A DNA stretch of 50,247 bases, filler included, from Bipalium vagum (taxonomy: Eukaryota), in assembly GCA_037834085.1 (NCBI GenBank). It is 2 parts of 2 records of this genome, joined end to end, with 100 filler letters (N's around TTAATTAATTAA, not from the genome) between each part and the next. Parts side by side here need not be neighbours in the genome. Positions count along the whole stretch, not along the records: positions 21,828 to 50,247 come from JBBMKC010051438.1; 1 more part is not named here. The stretch is one strand, 5' to 3'. Positions 46,530-50,247 of this stretch are shown here, piece by piece. The notes under the pieces were generated by a model, which was given only the letters and a program-made list of their open reading frames with translations, was not told the DNA's origin and ran no database searches. A program made the position numbers and the translations under genes. How positions within the stretch are numbered: the first letter of the stretch is position 1; each line of letters starts with the position of its first letter.

Positions 46530-49500
46530 AATGTCAAAAAATCATAGATAAATTAAATAACGTTCAACCATCAAAAAGACAATGTGATTTTTGTGGATGT
46601 TTTTAGAACATTAGTATCTAGAATTTCTCATGAGAAATATTGTTATGAATTTCAAAATAACTTACACAATCAAAATAATATTAATCAAGAAATTAATCAA
46701 CAAAATGTTAATAATTCAAATAATATTGCTTTGAAAGATCAATTTTATAATTCTTCAGAGGATTTTTTAATTTCCAAACAAGTAAGTGAAGGAAATTTAA
46801 GAGATTATTTAAGTAATTTTATTCTTAAAATTAAAGAATCAATGTTTTATCATATTCAAGATGGAATATTTTTCAAACCATTTAAATTCTCATTAAACTT
46901 AAATATTAAATTTTTTCATACAAGTGATTCTGAATATTTGACTTTAAAACTTATGCTGTTGGAGCAATATGAATAATAAATTATATTTAATCAGAAACAG
47001 GAAATATCATAAAAAATTTAGAAGAAATGGAAAATACATGGTGGAGATTAAAAAAGTCTGGTTGGACAATTGATAATTGATTCTTTCAATTAATGAAATT
47101 AAAGTTTTAAGAGGAAGGTTATTTGTTGAATTACCTTTTAAATCCCATTCAATTATTAATATTCAGAATCAAGATAATAAATGTTTTATATGGAATATAA
47201 TTAGTTATTTTATACATCATGAAATTCCACATCATAAGGAAAGAGTAACATGATATAAAGAATATGAATATAAATTAAAATATAACGAATAAGATATGCC
47301 AATGAAATTAAATAATATTGAAAAGTTTGAAAAAAAATTGACGAGAATAAATGTATATATGATTGATTGCATTGATCAACATGAAATTGAATTAAGAAAA
47401 TCATGGAGAACATATCTATTTATTTCTTCTACTTATTTCTTCATAAAAACAATCTCAATAGAACGATATCTTTATTATTTCATGAAGATCATTATATTTT
47501 AATTAAAGATTTTAAATCTTGGGTTAATGAAGAAATTGGTTATAGACAAACCTGGTGAAGGTGAAGAATTATTTATTTGTGAAAGATGTTTATGTATAAA
47601 TATTAATAGATCTACCGATGAAAAACATAACTTTAGAATATTAAATAAACCAACTAAACATACTTTAACTAACTTTGGATCAAAATGATCTTTTACAAAT
47701 TTTAAATATAAAATAAAAGTACTATTTTAATCTATGCAGACATAGAATCTTTTAATGAACCAATAAATGAAATAAAATTTAAAAATAATTATCAGAAAAT
47801 ATTAAACGAATCTCAGTTCAACCCAAAGGAAATAAATAATTATAATTATATTAAAAATGTAAATCCAAATATATATATGAAAAAATCTTTACACATACTT
47901 TTATTAAATTTCAACAAAAAAAATCATCATGTATTTATTTTAAATTAATTTCTTGTTATCCTAATTTTTTACAAAAAAAAATTATATTTACAGGAGAAAA
48001 CTGTATAAAAGACTTTTGTAAATGGATTATAAATACTTAACCTCATTTTGAAAAATTATTAAAATCAAATATTCCATATGAATTAACAGAAGAAAAAAAA
48101 TAAAAACAATATTTATTATTTTTGTGGAAAAGAAATACAAAATATTTCCGATAAAGTTATTGATCATGATAATTATCATGGAAGTTATAGAGGACCTGCT
48201 TATTCAAAATGTAAACTATTAGGAAGTGTTTCAAATTTTGTTCCAATATTTTTTCACAATGGTTCTGGTTATTATTTTCATTTGATAATAAAAGATATAG
48301 CAAATGAAATTTATTTAAACGCGAGTGTTATTCTTGGAAGCAAAGCTTCCGAATATAACTCAGATCTAAATGATTTTATTTTATTTGATTCCAAAATCAG
48401 GTGAAAAATATATTTTATTTAATTATATGAAAATATCTAAATTTGTAGATTCATTAGGATTTCTTTTATGTTCTTTACATGGAGTAGCAAAAGCATTTGA
48501 GAAAAAAGATAAGAAATATTTGAAAGAATTTGCTGGTGATAATTTTAATTTACTAGATAAAAAAGGAATTTATCCCTACGATTATTTTACAAATTTTAAA
48601 AATATAATAGAACATAAATATTACCAAAAGTAGTACTTTTAATCTACTTTAAATAAATCAAATTTTTCTGATGAAGACTATAAAAGATATAAAACCGTAA
48701 TTTTTAAGTTTTGTAGAAATAGTTGGAATTACAAAATTTTATATCTTAAACAAGATGTAAAGTTATTGTTAGATATTTTTGAAAAATTTTAAAAAGAATT
48801 TATTTTAGATCCTTGTCATTCTGTTTCAACTCCTTGATTAACTTTGGAGTTAGGAATATTAAAAACGAATATAGAATAAGATTTAATTACTGATCAAAAT
48901 ATGTTTGAAACATTTGTAAAATGTTTTAAAGGAGGAATATATACAATTCTATGAACAAGCCCATAATAAATATACTGAGAAATGAAAACATTAGATTAAT
49001 TTAGATAAATTAGAATTAGAAAAAATTATGAAAACATTAAAAGATAAAAAAGATATAAGTGAATTTTAAAAACCAAATTATTTATTTTATATTGATGCAA
49101 TCAATTCTTACGGAAATGCAATGTGTCAATCATTACCATATAAAGGTTTTTATGTGAATATAGAGATGAATTAAAAAGTCATAATTTTTCCGAAGAAGGT
49201 TATTCACAGATGATTGATAATTAATTATCACAATGTGAAGTTAGAACTGATAGTTCAGAAGAGTTTTGCTCTAATCATAATGAAGATGAGACAACATTAG
49301 GATTTATTTTTGAAGTAGGTTTAGAATATAAAGATGAAGTAAAATAATATTGTGAATCTTATCCACTTGCTCCAGTTTCTAAATTTGTAAAAGATGAAGA
49401 ATTCTCAAATTATGTCTGCAAATTAATTTTAGATTTAAAATTAAAAAAGAATTACGTAATTCATTATAAAGTTTTTAAATTTTATGTTAGATTTATGAAG

Positions 49501-49870
49501 GTAACAAAAGTTTATCTTTTAAACAAAATCATGGTTAAAAGAATATATGGAACATAAAAACCAATTAAGAAAAAACAAATACTGATTTTGAAAAAGATAA
49601 GTATAAATTAATGCAAAATTCTTTCTTTCGAAAAATAATGGAAAATATTAGAAAAAGAGTAAATGTAAAATTAGTCACAAATGAAGAGGAAGCTAAGAAA
49701 TAAATAACTGAATCAACAATTGAAAAGAGAAATATTTTCAAATAACTTAATGGAGATGTATTATAAAAAAATGAAACAAAAATGAATAAACCAATTTATT
49801 TATGATTTTGTATTTTACAATAATCAAAATTATTCATGTATGAATTATGTTATGTTGTTCTAAAAGTAAG
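46530..49870 (+). pseudogene. Polinton/Maverick (adintovirus-type) protein-primed DNA polymerase B, heavily decayed, 3'-truncated
   Basis: Colinear motifs across frameshifts: SGWT, IINIQNQDNKCFIW, YADIES, VIDHDNYHGSYRGPA, VPIFFHNGSGY, FVDSLGFL, KGIYPYDYF, LYLKQDVKLLLDIFEKF, LDPCH, YIDAINSYGNAMCQSLP, YPLAP, YKLMQNS, MENIRKRVNVKLV, NKPIY. The catalytic YxDTDS motif is not reached. Confidence 0.9.
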
Positions 49871-50171
49871 ATATAGAAATAGAAATGTGGGAGTCATCAG
49901 TTAAAAAGAAAAGGAGATAAAGTATTAAATCAAATGTTTAAAGATTTGCAATAAGGATGGAAAAAATTATCATCAAATATTTTATTTATATTTTGTGATT
50001 TTACAAGAAATTGTATTTTAAATTTTTTGTTTTATTCACTTAAATCAAATGGAAGAGAAAATTGCAATTATGGTGAAAAAATAATCATCGAACATTTTAT
50101 TCATTTTGTTGGGTTTACCAAGACACCCCCCGGGAAAAAAATAAATAATAAAAACTATAAATAATGTATAA

Positions 50172-50204
<33 letters not shown>

Positions 50205-50247
50205 ATATTAATAATTAAAAATTAATTAATACTTGAAAGTCATTGAA

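Noticed and set aside
46530-49870. Alternative genetic code or programmed frameshifting rescuing polB
   Set aside because: It has stops of more than one type plus numerous indels and mutated conserved motifs, while host genes use the standard code. Neutral decay is the simpler explanation.

Overview
This is AT-rich animal genomic DNA, not prokaryotic. The G-beta and APC sequences and the ~48-50 nt introns suggest an invertebrate, possibly a lophotrochozoan such as a flatworm, but the taxon cannot be fixed from this window. It holds three spliced genes on the + strand. (1) A divergent, short APC (adenomatous polyposis coli) orthologue, exons ~769-20451, probably 5'-incomplete. (2) The last three exons of a WDR86-like gene (25089-25833), which the ORF track misses. 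(3) A complete 340-aa G-protein beta subunit gene (31289-43851; five coding exons; one 11.4-kb intron). A 100-bp artificial spacer at 21728-21827 (44 N + TTAATTAATTAA + 44 N) joins two contigs, so linkage of APC to WDR86/G-beta is unproven. Introns and intergenic DNA are full of decayed Tc1/mariner/pogo elements: DD34D mariners, a DD34E Tc3-like element with IR/DR ends, DD37D/DD37E/DD41D-like pieces, a Tigger and MITEs. There are also LINE/SINE-like relics. The right end carries a heavily decayed Polinton/Maverick (adintovirus-type) protein-primed DNA polymerase B. I found no convincing new multi-gene system. The best leads are the reduced APC, the Polinton fossil with a palindromic insert, the oddly placed giant G-beta intron, and a structured repeat in an APC intron. 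All assignments come from manual translation and recalled homologues; no search was run.
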